Shown here: positions 43,919 through 53,114 of the stretch, in pieces
How positions within the stretch are numbered: the first letter of the stretch is position 1
Layout: every line of letters starts with the position of its first letter
Origin: Thermoanaerobaculia bacterium
Lineage (GTDB): Bacteria; Acidobacteriota; Thermoanaerobaculia; Multivoradales; Multivoraceae
Length of the DNA: 64,000 bases
Assembly (NCBI GenBank): GCA_963664405.1
Contig: OY761158.1
Span: 4,576,001 to 4,640,000, forward strand
Reading direction: 5' to 3'
Made by a program: the position numbers and the translations under genes
Notes under the pieces: generated by a model
What the model was told of the DNA's origin: nothing
Seen by the model: the letters and a program-made list of their open reading frames with translations, nothing else
The model's database searches: none

Positions 43919-45214
43919 ATGCAAACGACGGGACGAGAACGAATCACCGTCATTGTGTGCATGTACATCGGCTACTTGATGCTGATGTTTTGCAGGACGG
44001 CTTTTACGACGGTGAGTCCGGCGCTCGTCGAAGACCCGGGACTGTTTTTGACGAACACGCATATTGGGGACATTCTCGGCTACGCGGCCCTCGGCAGTCT
44101 GGCGGGTAAGCTGCTCACCGGCTTCGTCGCGGACCGCTTTGGAGGGCGACTGACACTCCTGCTGTCGTTGGCAGTGGTGGCTTCGTTGACCCTGGCCATG
44201 GGCTACTTGGCTAGCTTCTTCGCCTTCGCGCTCTTCGTTTTTTGTCTCCAATTGGTGCGCGCTGGCGGCTGGCCGGCCCTCACCAAGCTGATCGGCCAGT
44301 GGATCCCTCCGGCTAGCTACGGGCGCGCCTGGGGGATTCTCTCGACCGCTTCGCGTGCCGGTGTCGTGATCTCCTCGCTGGTACTCGGACTACTCCTCAT
44401 CTACGCCCTCGGCGATGTCAATCAGGACACGCTCGTTGCCGAATATCCAGGCGGCTGGCGCTGGGTGCCGATTACAGCGGGGTGCGTGGGCTTGCTGGCG
44501 GTGCTTGGTCTGTGGGCGGTGTTCCCGAAGCGGCCCACGTCAGCCCTACCCAAAGCTGAGGAGCGCAAGCCGTTGAACCTTCTCGCCACGCTACGCTTCT
44601 TCGCCGGAGCCGACCGCTTCTGGCTCGTCTGCGCGAGCCTCATGTGCACCACGATGCTCATGGCGCTGGTCAGTTTCACCGGGCTCTACCTGGCGCAAAC
44701 CTTCGAGGTTTCAGCCGGCAAGGCTGCGACTGCAGCCACGGTGTTTCCGTTCGGTTGCCTGATCGCCGTGTTGCTCGTGGGCCTCATCTACGACCGCCTG
44801 ACCCGCAAGCAGCGCACTTATTTTGTGGGAGCGAGCCTGGTCGTGGGGTGTCTATGTATTGCAGGGTTGATCTGGATCACTGACGCGCCCTACGACTCGA
44901 CTCTCCGATTCAGGGTGGCGCTAGCGTTGATCCTTTTCTTCGGGGTCTGTGTCGCCCCTGCTTATTACTTGCCGATGAGCGTGTTCTCCGTTGAGTTTGG
45001 TGGCGTTCGCTCCGGGGTCCTCGTCGGGTTTATCGACGCGACAGGCTACGCTGCGGAGGCTGTCTTCATGCCTTACGCAGGGCGTCTTGCGGATCAGCCG
45101 GGAGGGTGGAGTCACTTCATGTGGCTCTTGTTCGTGATTGCGTGCGTCGGGCTCGTCTCCACAATCATGTTCCTCCATCGGGACCACCGCGCTCACCAGC
45201 GTCCTGGCGATTAG
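43919..45214 (+). CDS. MFS transporter (OPA/GlpT-like)
   Basis: About 12 TM; GFVADRFGGR, GWPALTKLIGQW, GRAWGILSTASR. Confidence 0.85.
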   Translation: MQTTGRERITVIVCMYIGYLMLMFCRTAFTTVSPALVEDPGLFLTNTHIGDILGYAALGSLAGKLLTGFVADRFGGRLTLLLSLAVVASLTLAMGYLASFFAFALFVFCLQLVRAGGWPALTKLIGQWIPPASYGRAWGILSTASRAGVVISSLVLGLLLIYALGDVNQDTLVAEYPGGWRWVPITAGCVGLLAVLGLWAVFPKRPTSALPKAEERKPLNLLATLRFFAGADRFWLVCASLMCTTMLMALVSFTGLYLAQTFEVSAGKAATAATVFPFGCLIAVLLVGLIYDRLTRKQRTYFVGASLVVGCLCIAGLIWITDAPYDSTLRFRVALALILFFGVCVAPAYYLPMSVFSVEFGGVRSGVLVGFIDATGYAAEAVFMPYAGRLADQPGGWSHFMWLLFVIACVGLVSTIMFLHRDHRAHQRPGD

Positions 45215-46043
45215 CGACGCAAAGGAACGTCGTTTTCCGTCGCAAACCTCCCCTGCTGAACACCGAAGTCTTCCTGCAATTGGATCGACAGACCACCGTC
45301 CACCACCAGGGCGTGCCCAGTGATGAACGAGGCTTCCGCCGACGCCAGGAATGCGACGGCGGCGGCGATGTCTGCGGGCGCGCCGAGCCGGCGTACCGGG
45401 TACTGGTTCTCGTAGAAAGGTACAGCGGCGGGCGAAGCCTCCCAGCGTTGAGCCGCGCGTTCGGTGACGACGTGGCCGGGACAGATCGCGTTGACTCGTA
45501 CGCCTTCGGCACCAAAATCGATGGCCATCTGTTTGGTCATTCCGATGACCGCTGACTTGGCTGTTTCGTAGACCAGATTTCTGGCTGCCATCAAGAGCCC
45601 TTGCACGGACGCCATGTTGACTATGGCGCCGCCGCCGGAGTCGACCATCAGCGGGACCGCGAACTTTTGCACCTAGAAACAATGCTTTGGTCATGACCGC
45701 CATGCCTTCGTCCCAGCCGGCTTCTGCGACTTCCACGGCCGTGCCGCGCACGGAATTTCTGGGCACGCCCCAAGCGTTCTGTACCAGGATATCGAGGCGG
45801 CCGAATTCGCGGCGCGCAACCTCCACCATCTGCTTGATGTCATCGGCGTTGATCATGTCGGCGTGCACGGCGATGGCCGCGCCGCCCGCGCGCTCGATGC
45901 GTTGAACGTTTTCGCGGGCGGCGTCGATGGCGAGGTCGGCAATGATGACCGCGGCGCCGTCCGCGGCGAGTCGGCGCGAGGTCTCACCGCCGATACCGAG
46001 TGCGCCGCCGGTGACGATGGCAACCTGATTTTCGAAACTCGAC
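45211..46043 (-). pseudogene. SDR oxidoreductase with start lost and a frameshift near 45667
   Basis: TGGALGIG and LDILVQNA, then YETAK and VRVNAICPG in a second frame; the shift lies in an A4 run. Confidence 0.85.
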
Positions 46044-46144
46044 GGTCCTGCGCCCCCGGCAACCGGGCCCATTCCGGCCAGGATGATCGGGTACTCGATA
46101 TTGAACATGTCGCATAAGGCGGTGCGAAGAACGGTCTTGTCCCT
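46044..46144 (-). pseudogene. Nitronate monooxygenase-family N-terminal fragment
   Basis: (R)DKTVLRTALCDMFNIEYPIILAGMG; GGAGG SD followed by AGG where ATG is expected. Confidence 0.75.
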
Positions 46145-46194
46145 GATCCCCTCCGTAGGTCTCTTGGAGTTATGTGCGGAGCCGAAAATCGACT

Positions 46195-47814
46195 TTATCT
46201 CAGGCGGATGCGCGAGCGATCCTGGGTGTCGCCAAGCAACGCCGTGGCGGCTTCGAGCGGCAACTCCCAGGCAGCTGCTTCGCGATCATTGCGCACCAGC
46301 AGGACTCGCCCGGCGATCGCAAAAGGGTTCCAGGCTTTCCCTCTCAGGGCGGTGAACCTGCCGAGCTCCTCGTGCTCCTCAGGGTTGGGGGAGATCATCA
46401 CCATGTCCCCCTTCTCGGTCTGCACCAGGAGCAGATCCCCCACCAGGAGGATGTTGCCGTGTCCGTAGCGACCGCGCTTCCACCGTCGTTCCCCGGTCTC
46501 GGGATCGAGGCAGATCAGCACTCCGTCATCCAGACCGTAGATCGAGCCCTGGTGGATCACCAGGTTGGTGAACTTGGCTTTGAGGCGCGGGCTCTCCCAG
46601 AGAAGCGTGACCTCGAAGTCGCCGCCGCCGGTACTCGTGACTCGCAGCATCTTGCTGCCGATTCCATAGCCGGTCGAGAAAAGAACTCGCTCGTCGTCGA
46701 CCACAACAGGGGACGAAACGTTGGGAAAATCCTTCGGCCACGGATGCTGCCAGAGGACTCGGCCGTCCTCGGGGGCATGCGCTGCAACCGTGGCCTGGTT
46801 GAAGCTCAGGATCTGGCGGCGTCCGGCGAGGGTGGCGAGTGTCGGTGAGCCGTAACCGGATTGGTCGCTGCCGCCGTGCCACTCGAGTCCCCCGGTCTCT
46901 TGGTCGAAGGCGACGAGGGAGTGCCCGTTGGGGCCGCCGGCGCTGACCACGACAAGATCGCCTACGAGAAGTGGAGAGCTCGTTTTTCCGTGCTCGGGGA
47001 TGTCGACCGCGTGCTCACGCACGACATCATGCTGCCAGAGCAGCGCTCCCGAGCGGGGATCGAGCGCTTTCAGAAACCCGGAGGCTCCGTAACTAAAAAC
47101 GCGGGTTGGCGAAAGAGTCGGCGTAGCCCGGGGTCCCGGACCGGCCATCGGGTTGGAGAAGTAGGCCGTGTCGGCATGGGTCCAAAGCTCTGTACCGGTC
47201 GCCAATTCATAGGCGACAACTACCTCCTCTTCGCCTCTCTGCTCCATCGTGATAGCAATCTCGTCGGCGATGCTGAAACCGGACCATCCTGCTCCTACCT
47301 TTCGCTTCCACATCAGGCGCGGAGGGTGAGCCTCCCAGTTCGGTTCCAGACGAGCTCCGCGGATGATCGAGTCTCCGTTGGCGCCGAGAAAGCGGGGAAA
47401 GGAGTCGGTAGTCTCGATAACAAGTGGCTCTCCTGTCGACCCAGGGGGAGCCGCTTCGGTGGAGCCTGTACCCCAGTCATCTCGGCTGGCAAAGCGCCAC
47501 TCCATGACCAGGTACCAATCGCCGGTGAGACCGCGCACGCGTACCAGAGTGAAGAACAGGAAGGCGATGGCCGCGAGAACCATAACGGGAAACCATCTCT
47601 TCCGGCCTTTCCGGCCCGAGAAGAAGACCCACCAGCCGAGAGCCGCAGAGGAGAAGAGCAGGACACAAGCGTAGGTCAGCATGACCTGCCACTGGCGAAT
47701 ATGGCCACTCCAGAGCCACAGCCAGGCGAGAAATACTAGGGCCGGAGTCGCGAGCCACGCGAGAGGCCGGAGATTCGTTGGGCGGTCCCTTCCCCCGCTG
47801 GACGCAGATACCAT
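46195..47814 (-). CDS. Membrane-anchored PQQ-binding-like beta-propeller protein
   Basis: Three N-terminal TM helices; GPRATP, repeated xTGxxxW motifs, SSP, YGSP. Confidence 0.88.
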   Translation of the reverse strand: MVSASSGGRDRPTNLRPLAWLATPALVFLAWLWLWSGHIRQWQVMLTYACVLLFSSAALGWWVFFSGRKGRKRWFPVMVLAAIAFLFFTLVRVRGLTGDWYLVMEWRFASRDDWGTGSTEAAPPGSTGEPLVIETTDSFPRFLGANGDSIIRGARLEPNWEAHPPRLMWKRKVGAGWSGFSIADEIAITMEQRGEEEVVVAYELATGTELWTHADTAYFSNPMAGPGPRATPTLSPTRVFSYGASGFLKALDPRSGALLWQHDVVREHAVDIPEHGKTSSPLLVGDLVVVSAGGPNGHSLVAFDQETGGLEWHGGSDQSGYGSPTLATLAGRRQILSFNQATVAAHAPEDGRVLWQHPWPKDFPNVSSPVVVDDERVLFSTGYGIGSKMLRVTSTGGGDFEVTLLWESPRLKAKFTNLVIHQGSIYGLDDGVLICLDPETGERRWKRGRYGHGNILLVGDLLLVQTEKGDMVMISPNPEEHEELGRFTALRGKAWNPFAIAGRVLLVRNDREAAAWELPLEAATALLGDTQDRSRIRLR

Positions 47815-47822
47815 GGCAGAGC

Positions 47823-48653
47823 TCAGCGCTCTGTTATGACGGCTTCGAGTACCGCGTCCAGTTCAGGCTCGGTGATGTTTTTGAACGATGAGAGTCGTCG
47901 ATAAACCTCCGCGGCGGCTAGATGAAAGCCTGCCGGGAGGCTCGCGGCGTCGAACGTCGCCGCGATCTCTTCCATCTCTCCTGCAAAGCGCCATGCCTTG
48001 GGTGCGTTGTTTACGGCACTGGACTTGGAGCGCTGCTCGAGCCCCGGAATAGAGAGGCCCCACTCGTCGAGAAGGGGCCCCTCGACCCCTCGCCCGCGGG
48101 CGAGAGCGCGGATTGCGATCAGTAGAGCCGAGCTCCCTTTGGTGTAGGCGGCGTAGCACATCTTGAGGGTCGAGGCCGCCGGTGAGTCGGCGGAGAGCGC
48201 AACGGCAGCTAGGGTCGAGCCGGCGAAAATCTCCGCTACGCGAGGTGACGAATCGCCTGCCAGATAGAGTCGCGTGGTGCCGTGGCTGCGGGCGGGAGGA
48301 CCGATGATCCCGCCATCGACGAAACTTGCTCCTCCGTCCTCCACTGTGCTGCGGATCTGTTCGGCGGTGCTGGGAGAGATCGCGTTCGCGTCGACGAAGA
48401 TCCCGGTGAAGCTCTGCGCGGCGATGCTCTGAGCCAGCGCTAGCGAGGCGTCAGGAGGGCATACGGAAATCACGATCTCGCACTGCTCGCAGAGGGTCAC
48501 AAGATCTCCTGCGTCGGTTAGCCCTGCGAGCTCTGCCCGCTCCCGCGTCGCCGCACTGCGCCCGTCCGAGGCCCAGAGCACCTCGGTTCGGTTGCTGGCG
48601 GCGTTGCCGAGGCTGGCGCCCATCTGACCTGGATGAAGGAGTCCGATTGGCAT
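47823..48653 (-). CDS. NAD(P)-dependent oxidoreductase (6-phosphogluconate/HIBADH-like, DUF1932)
   Basis: GLLHPGQMG, DANAISP, VDGGIIGPP, LKMCYAAYTKG, KAWRFAGEMEEIA. Confidence 0.88.
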   Translation of the reverse strand: MPIGLLHPGQMGASLGNAASNRTEVLWASDGRSAATRERAELAGLTDAGDLVTLCEQCEIVISVCPPDASLALAQSIAAQSFTGIFVDANAISPSTAEQIRSTVEDGGASFVDGGIIGPPARSHGTTRLYLAGDSSPRVAEIFAGSTLAAVALSADSPAASTLKMCYAAYTKGSSALLIAIRALARGRGVEGPLLDEWGLSIPGLEQRSKSSAVNNAPKAWRFAGEMEEIAATFDAASLPAGFHLAAAEVYRRLSSFKNITEPELDAVLEAVITER

Positions 48654-48699
48654 GTCGGGTAGTCTAGCGGGTCTTGGAGCTTGAGAACCGGAGACGAAA

Positions 48700-49479
48700 A
48701 TGACCAGACTCAGCAAACTCAGTAGATCTGTCGAGGGAAAGATCGTGATCGTGACCGGCGCCGCCAGCGGCATGGGAAGGGCGACGGCTCATCTTTTTGC
48801 CGACGAAGGTGCCAGGGTCGCCGTGACCGACCTCAATGCTGAAGGCGTCGAAGAAGTGACCCAAGAGATCGAGGCGTCGGGCGGTTCTGCACGCGGTTGG
48901 GCGCTTGACGTTGCCGACGGCGACGCGATTCGGGCGGTGGTAGCCGAGGTAGTCCAGGCCTTCGGAGGCCTCGACATCGTCATAAACAATGCCGGTATCT
49001 CGCTCGGCACCACGATTGACGGCGACGACTACGAAGAGCGGTGGGATCGCGTGTTCCGGGTTCTTTTGAGGGCTCATCCGATGCTCATTCGCGCGGCCTT
49101 GCCCCATTTGCGTCAGTCCGAGTCTCCTCGCATCATCAACATTGCGTCTACCGAAGGGCTTGGCGCTACCGCGCGCAACAGCTCCTACGCCGCCGCGAAG
49201 CACGGGGTAGTCGGACTGACCCGGGCGCTGGCAGTCGAGCTCGGCAAGGAAGGGATTACGGTCAATTGCATCTGTCCGGGACCTATCCGTACCGGTATGA
49301 CCGAGAGAGTGCCGGAGGAGGCGAAGCTGGAGTATGCACGAAGGCGTACGGCGCTACGTCGCTACGGCGATCCCGAGGAGGTTGCACAGATGACACTGAG
49401 CCTGGCGTTGCCGGCGGCGTCCTTTGTAACCGGCGTTGCATTGCCGGTGGATGGAGGTCTTACGGTACGTCGGTCCTAG
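48700..49479 (+). CDS. SDR oxidoreductase
   Basis: TGAASGMG, NNAG, YAAAK, VNCICPG. Confidence 0.93.
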   Translation: MTRLSKLSRSVEGKIVIVTGAASGMGRATAHLFADEGARVAVTDLNAEGVEEVTQEIEASGGSARGWALDVADGDAIRAVVAEVVQAFGGLDIVINNAGISLGTTIDGDDYEERWDRVFRVLLRAHPMLIRAALPHLRQSESPRIINIASTEGLGATARNSSYAAAKHGVVGLTRALAVELGKEGITVNCICPGPIRTGMTERVPEEAKLEYARRRTALRRYGDPEEVAQMTLSLALPAASFVTGVALPVDGGLTVRRS

Positions 49480-49500
49480 CCGGCCGTTCCGAGAGACTCT

Positions 49501-49914
49501 CTAGCGGCCGGCGGGGGCGATACTGAGAACGCTGCCGTCGAGCTCGGCGCCCAGCTGGTGGGTCTTGAGGATCACTGCCAGGGCTTGATCGAGAGCAACG
49601 TCGTGCAGCTCGGCCGTAACGGTGCCCTTCACGCGAGGGTCGATCACGAGGTTGATCTCGGTCAGCTTGGCGAAAGAGCGAAGGACTTCGACGAGATCGG
49701 CGTCCTTGAGGCTGAGGCTGATCTTTTCGCCCTGCCAAAGGCGCTGCTGCGGCGGAGAAATGTAGAGCAGAGGGGCTCGGGCCCTGATTGTCGTTGGGCT
49801 CGTCTTTTGCTCTTCGCTGGTGCCGGGCTGCCGGGCCAGGGGGGCCTGGGCGATTGTGCCGGCCGACATAGCCGTCAGCGAAAGAACTGCCAACAGTGAC
49901 ACTCGCGGCTTCAC
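49501..49914 (-). CDS. Exported stand-alone secretin N-terminal (PilQ N0/STN-like) domain protein
   Basis: Signal peptide; GEKISLSLKDADL, NLVIDPRVKGTVT, DVALDQALAVIL. Confidence 0.75.
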   Translation of the reverse strand: MKPRVSLLAVLSLTAMSAGTIAQAPLARQPGTSEEQKTSPTTIRARAPLLYISPPQQRLWQGEKISLSLKDADLVEVLRSFAKLTEINLVIDPRVKGTVTAELHDVALDQALAVILKTHQLGAELDGSVLSIAPAGR

Positions 49915-49925
49915 GACGATAGATT

Positions 49926-50240
49926 CTAGCCGATCGCCAGAGTGCCGAGAGCGTTGCGCTGAACGCCTGCTTCATCGAAGTTCCCCGGATCGAGCCACTT
50001 CTTCATGGCGGCTTTGAGCGCCGGCCACTCCGCGTCGGTGATCGAGTACCAGGCGGTGTCCCGGTTGCGACCCTTGTACACACTGGCCTGACGGAAGATC
50101 CCTTCGAAGCGGAAACCGAGCCGTTCAGCGGCTCGACGGGAGCGGGCGTTCAACGCATCGCACTTCCACTCGTAGCGCCGATAGCCGAGCTCGTCGAAGA
50201 CTCGCCTCATCATCAGGTACATGGCCTCTGTCGCTCCGGG
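49926..50240 (-). pseudogene. GNAT (RimJ/RimL-like) acetyltransferase, C-terminal fragment
   Basis: ATEAMYL, GYRRYEWKC, RLGFRFEGIFRQ, RNRDTAWYS; N-terminal half absent. Confidence 0.85.
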
Positions 50241-50273
50241 GAGTCCGTAGCGGGCTATGCGTTCGTATCATTC

Positions 50274-50465
50274 ATGGAAATGAAGGGTTTCCCGCATCTT
50301 TTCATGGGAGCGATCGCGGTTGCGGTTGCAGGAGTGGCGATAGCGGGTGACCCGCCGGTTTTTAGCCATGAAGACTGGACGGCCGTCCTCGAGCGCTTCG
50401 TCGACGACAAGGGATTCGTGGACTATCGTGCCCTGTTGAGTGACCGCGTTACTTTTGACCGTTAG
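50274..50465 (+). pseudogene. DUF547-like exported protein, N-terminal fragment
   Basis: Signal peptide then FSHEDWTAVLERFVDDKGFVDYRAL and a premature stop. Confidence 0.7.
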
Positions 50466-50474
50466 CATGCACTA

Positions 50475-52187
50475 GTGATTGCTCCACGCGCGCGGCCGCT
50501 CCTGTTCGGAGTGGCCTTGCTCCCCTGGGTCGCCGCCCTCATCTCCTGCTGGCCGCTTCTCGTCAGCGGGTTTCCTCGAGGTCATGACTGGCCGTTCGAG
50601 CTGGTGCGGGTGGCGGAGTACCAGGCGGCGCTGTTGTCCGGGCAGCTTCCACCCGCGTGGGCCGAAAACCTCTATGGGGGCTATGGCTCGCCGGTATTCC
50701 TTTTTTACGCGCCGCTCTTCGCCGCCGGCGCATCGCTCTGCGGTTGGTTGCTTGGGTCGGTGGCGGGCGGCGCGAGTGCCTGCCTGATTTTGCTGACTGC
50801 CATCTCTGTTTGGACCGCCAGGGGGATGTTGAGCGCTGCAGCCAGTGCCGGGGCACCGGGGCGAGAGGCGGCACCTGGGGCGGTCTCTGCGGCGCGCATG
50901 GGGGTTTGTGTGCTCGTATTGCACCCCTATCTTCTCGGCGACAAGCTGTTGCGCAATGCCAACTCGGAGTTCGCGGCTCTGTGCCTGATCCCTCTGGTGC
51001 TGTGGGGAGTTCTGTGCGCCGACTCACGACCCCGCAGGGCCTTCGCCCTGCTCTCCGGGGGGCTCGCTCTTTCGATCCTGGCTCACAACCTGATGGCGCT
51101 GGTGGCCCTCGGCCTTGCTCTTGCAGCCGCTCTCATCGTTTACCTCTCGCCCCGTCGGCCCGGCGTCGTTTGGATCGTCGCCGGCGGCATTGGTTTTGGG
51201 CTGGCGCTCGCGGGCTTCTTCTGGATCCCGGCGCTCGCTCTTCTGTCCGAGGTCCGGAGCGAAGAGCTGCTGCAGGGGCAGTTCGACTTCCATCGCCAGT
51301 TCAAACCGCTGGTGTCGATGTTCGGCTATGGGGAGTTCTTCGCCTCGGGCTGGTTGACTCCAGCTGCCCTTCTTTTCGCCGTCTTTGCCGCTCTTCGGCG
51401 CCGTCGACCGTCGGCTCGCGCCGCGCGTCTCCTCGCCGGCTGTCTGATCGCGGCTTTTCTCTTCATGTTCTTGCTCAGCCCAGCGAGCTCGTGGCTTTGG
51501 GAGACCGCTCCCTTTCTCCCACTCTTCCAGTTTCCTTGGCGGATGGCGGGGCCACTTGCGCTGGTGGCAGCCCTCGCTTCGACCCTCGGAGCGACAAGCT
51601 TGCTGTTCGGTGCCAGCGATTGGAGGCGCGCACTCGCGGAGGTTGTCGTCTTCGCCCTTTGCGTGGTGAATGCGTGGCCGCAGCTGAGTCGATACGCGGC
51701 GTTGAGCCCGGAGTACAGGGCTCGCCCCGAAACCTGGCTGGCGCCGGAAACGATCCGCCGCGGTAGACAGTCGGTCACTGTCGGTGATGAATACCTGCCA
51801 CGCGGCGCGAGCCCCCGGGTGTGGTTGGAGGAGCGACCGCAGCAGGGTCCCATCGTCGCGATATCGGGCGCCGCCGATGCGCGCATCGAGGAGGATCGCG
51901 GAACACGAATGGTTTTTTTCGTGCGCAGCGAGGCCGGATCCCGTTTGCGGTTGGCTCGATGGTCTTTCCCCGGCTGGAGGATGCGACTCGATGGCGTGCC
52001 GGCCGAGATCTCCTCCGGCACTCTCGGCTCGATCGAGTTGGAGGTGCCGGCCGGCGAGACGCGGGTCGAGTTGGTCTACCGGCCGCCGCGAGTACGTACG
52101 ATTGCACTGGCCTCGAGTGGTCTCGCCTTCCTGCTCTGGATCGCGCTGCTGCGTTTCTGGCCGACCAAGCTACCTTCGCCTCGCTAG
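50475..52187 (+). CDS. Polytopic membrane protein, PTPS-related/YfhO-like GT-C glycosyltransferase
   Basis: GHD, GYGSPVFLFYAP, FFWIPA, QFPWR, FPGW. Confidence 0.8.
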   Translation: MIAPRARPLLFGVALLPWVAALISCWPLLVSGFPRGHDWPFELVRVAEYQAALLSGQLPPAWAENLYGGYGSPVFLFYAPLFAAGASLCGWLLGSVAGGASACLILLTAISVWTARGMLSAAASAGAPGREAAPGAVSAARMGVCVLVLHPYLLGDKLLRNANSEFAALCLIPLVLWGVLCADSRPRRAFALLSGGLALSILAHNLMALVALGLALAAALIVYLSPRRPGVVWIVAGGIGFGLALAGFFWIPALALLSEVRSEELLQGQFDFHRQFKPLVSMFGYGEFFASGWLTPAALLFAVFAALRRRRPSARAARLLAGCLIAAFLFMFLLSPASSWLWETAPFLPLFQFPWRMAGPLALVAALASTLGATSLLFGASDWRRALAEVVVFALCVVNAWPQLSRYAALSPEYRARPETWLAPETIRRGRQSVTVGDEYLPRGASPRVWLEERPQQGPIVAISGAADARIEEDRGTRMVFFVRSEAGSRLRLARWSFPGWRMRLDGVPAEISSGTLGSIELEVPAGETRVELVYRPPRVRTIALASSGLAFLLWIALLRFWPTKLPSPR

Positions 52188-52205
52188 AGCGCGACTTCGA
52201 TCTTC

Positions 52206-53108
52206 CTAGAGCGCGACCTCGATCGCCTTCGGCAGGACTTCCACGCGCTCGAGCTGGAGGCTTAGGGACTCTCCATCGACCATCACGTCGACCGGCGCTT
52301 CGAAGACGAAGTCGACCGCTGCAACCCGGTGCATCTCGATTGCCGGATGGTCTATGTGCGTACCCTTGAAGATTTTGGGAAAAGTGCGAAGCAGCTCGAG
52401 GCGCCCGACCCTTCCGGCAATCAGCAGGTCCGCGACTCCGTCGTCGATGCGAGCGTCGGGCGTAATCAACATATTGCCGCCGACATAGCGATTGTTGCCG
52501 AGGGTCAGCAAACTCATGGGTCTTGGTGCCGGAGCTTGGCCATCCCAGCCGAGAGTGATGTCGTCGGTGCGCAGGGTGATCAGCTTGGTGAGCACTCCGA
52601 GGCTATAGCCGAGTTTTCCGAGAGGTTTGAGGTGGCGATTGGTAACGGCGGCAACAGCGGCGCCGAAACCGAGGCTCACTCCACCCATGGCAAAGAGGCT
52701 TTGGCCGTCGTGCGCCACCCGGAGGATGTCGCAGGGGCGGTGGCGGCGCGAGGAAAGTGCTTCGACGCAGTAGGCGGTACCTTCTGTAGAGAAATCGCGT
52801 ACAAAGGAGTTGCCGGTGCCCAGAGGGAGCAAGCCGAGTGTGGTCCGGTCATCCGTTGAGAGGGCGGCGGGGAGAAGGCCGTTGAGCACCTCGAAGACCG
52901 TACCGTCGCCACCGGCAGCGACGACCGTCCTTATTCCCCGCCGTTGCGCCTCCGCGGCGATGGCGGAGGCTTCACCGGCGGCGGAGGTCTCCTTGATTTC
53001 GAGCTGGAGCCCTGCATCCCGGAGCGCTGCAATGGCCGCCGGCGCTCGCCGTGCACCCCGCCCCCCTCCGGCTGCCGGGTTGACAATGACGACAGTAGTC
53101 TCGGACAT
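52206..53108 (-). CDS. Diacylglycerol kinase-family lipid kinase
   Basis: NPAAGGG, GGDGT, PLGTGN, VDGE. Confidence 0.92.
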   Translation of the reverse strand: MSETTVVIVNPAAGGGRGARRAPAAIAALRDAGLQLEIKETSAAGEASAIAAEAQRRGIRTVVAAGGDGTVFEVLNGLLPAALSTDDRTTLGLLPLGTGNSFVRDFSTEGTAYCVEALSSRRHRPCDILRVAHDGQSLFAMGGVSLGFGAAVAAVTNRHLKPLGKLGYSLGVLTKLITLRTDDITLGWDGQAPAPRPMSLLTLGNNRYVGGNMLITPDARIDDGVADLLIAGRVGRLELLRTFPKIFKGTHIDHPAIEMHRVAAVDFVFEAPVDVMVDGESLSLQLERVEVLPKAIEVAL

Positions 53109-53114
53109 AAGGCG

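Noticed and set aside
44921-46108. 395-aa ORF as a novel NMO-SDR fusion protein
   Set aside because: It is a junction of two fragments followed by a frameshift into non-coding frame
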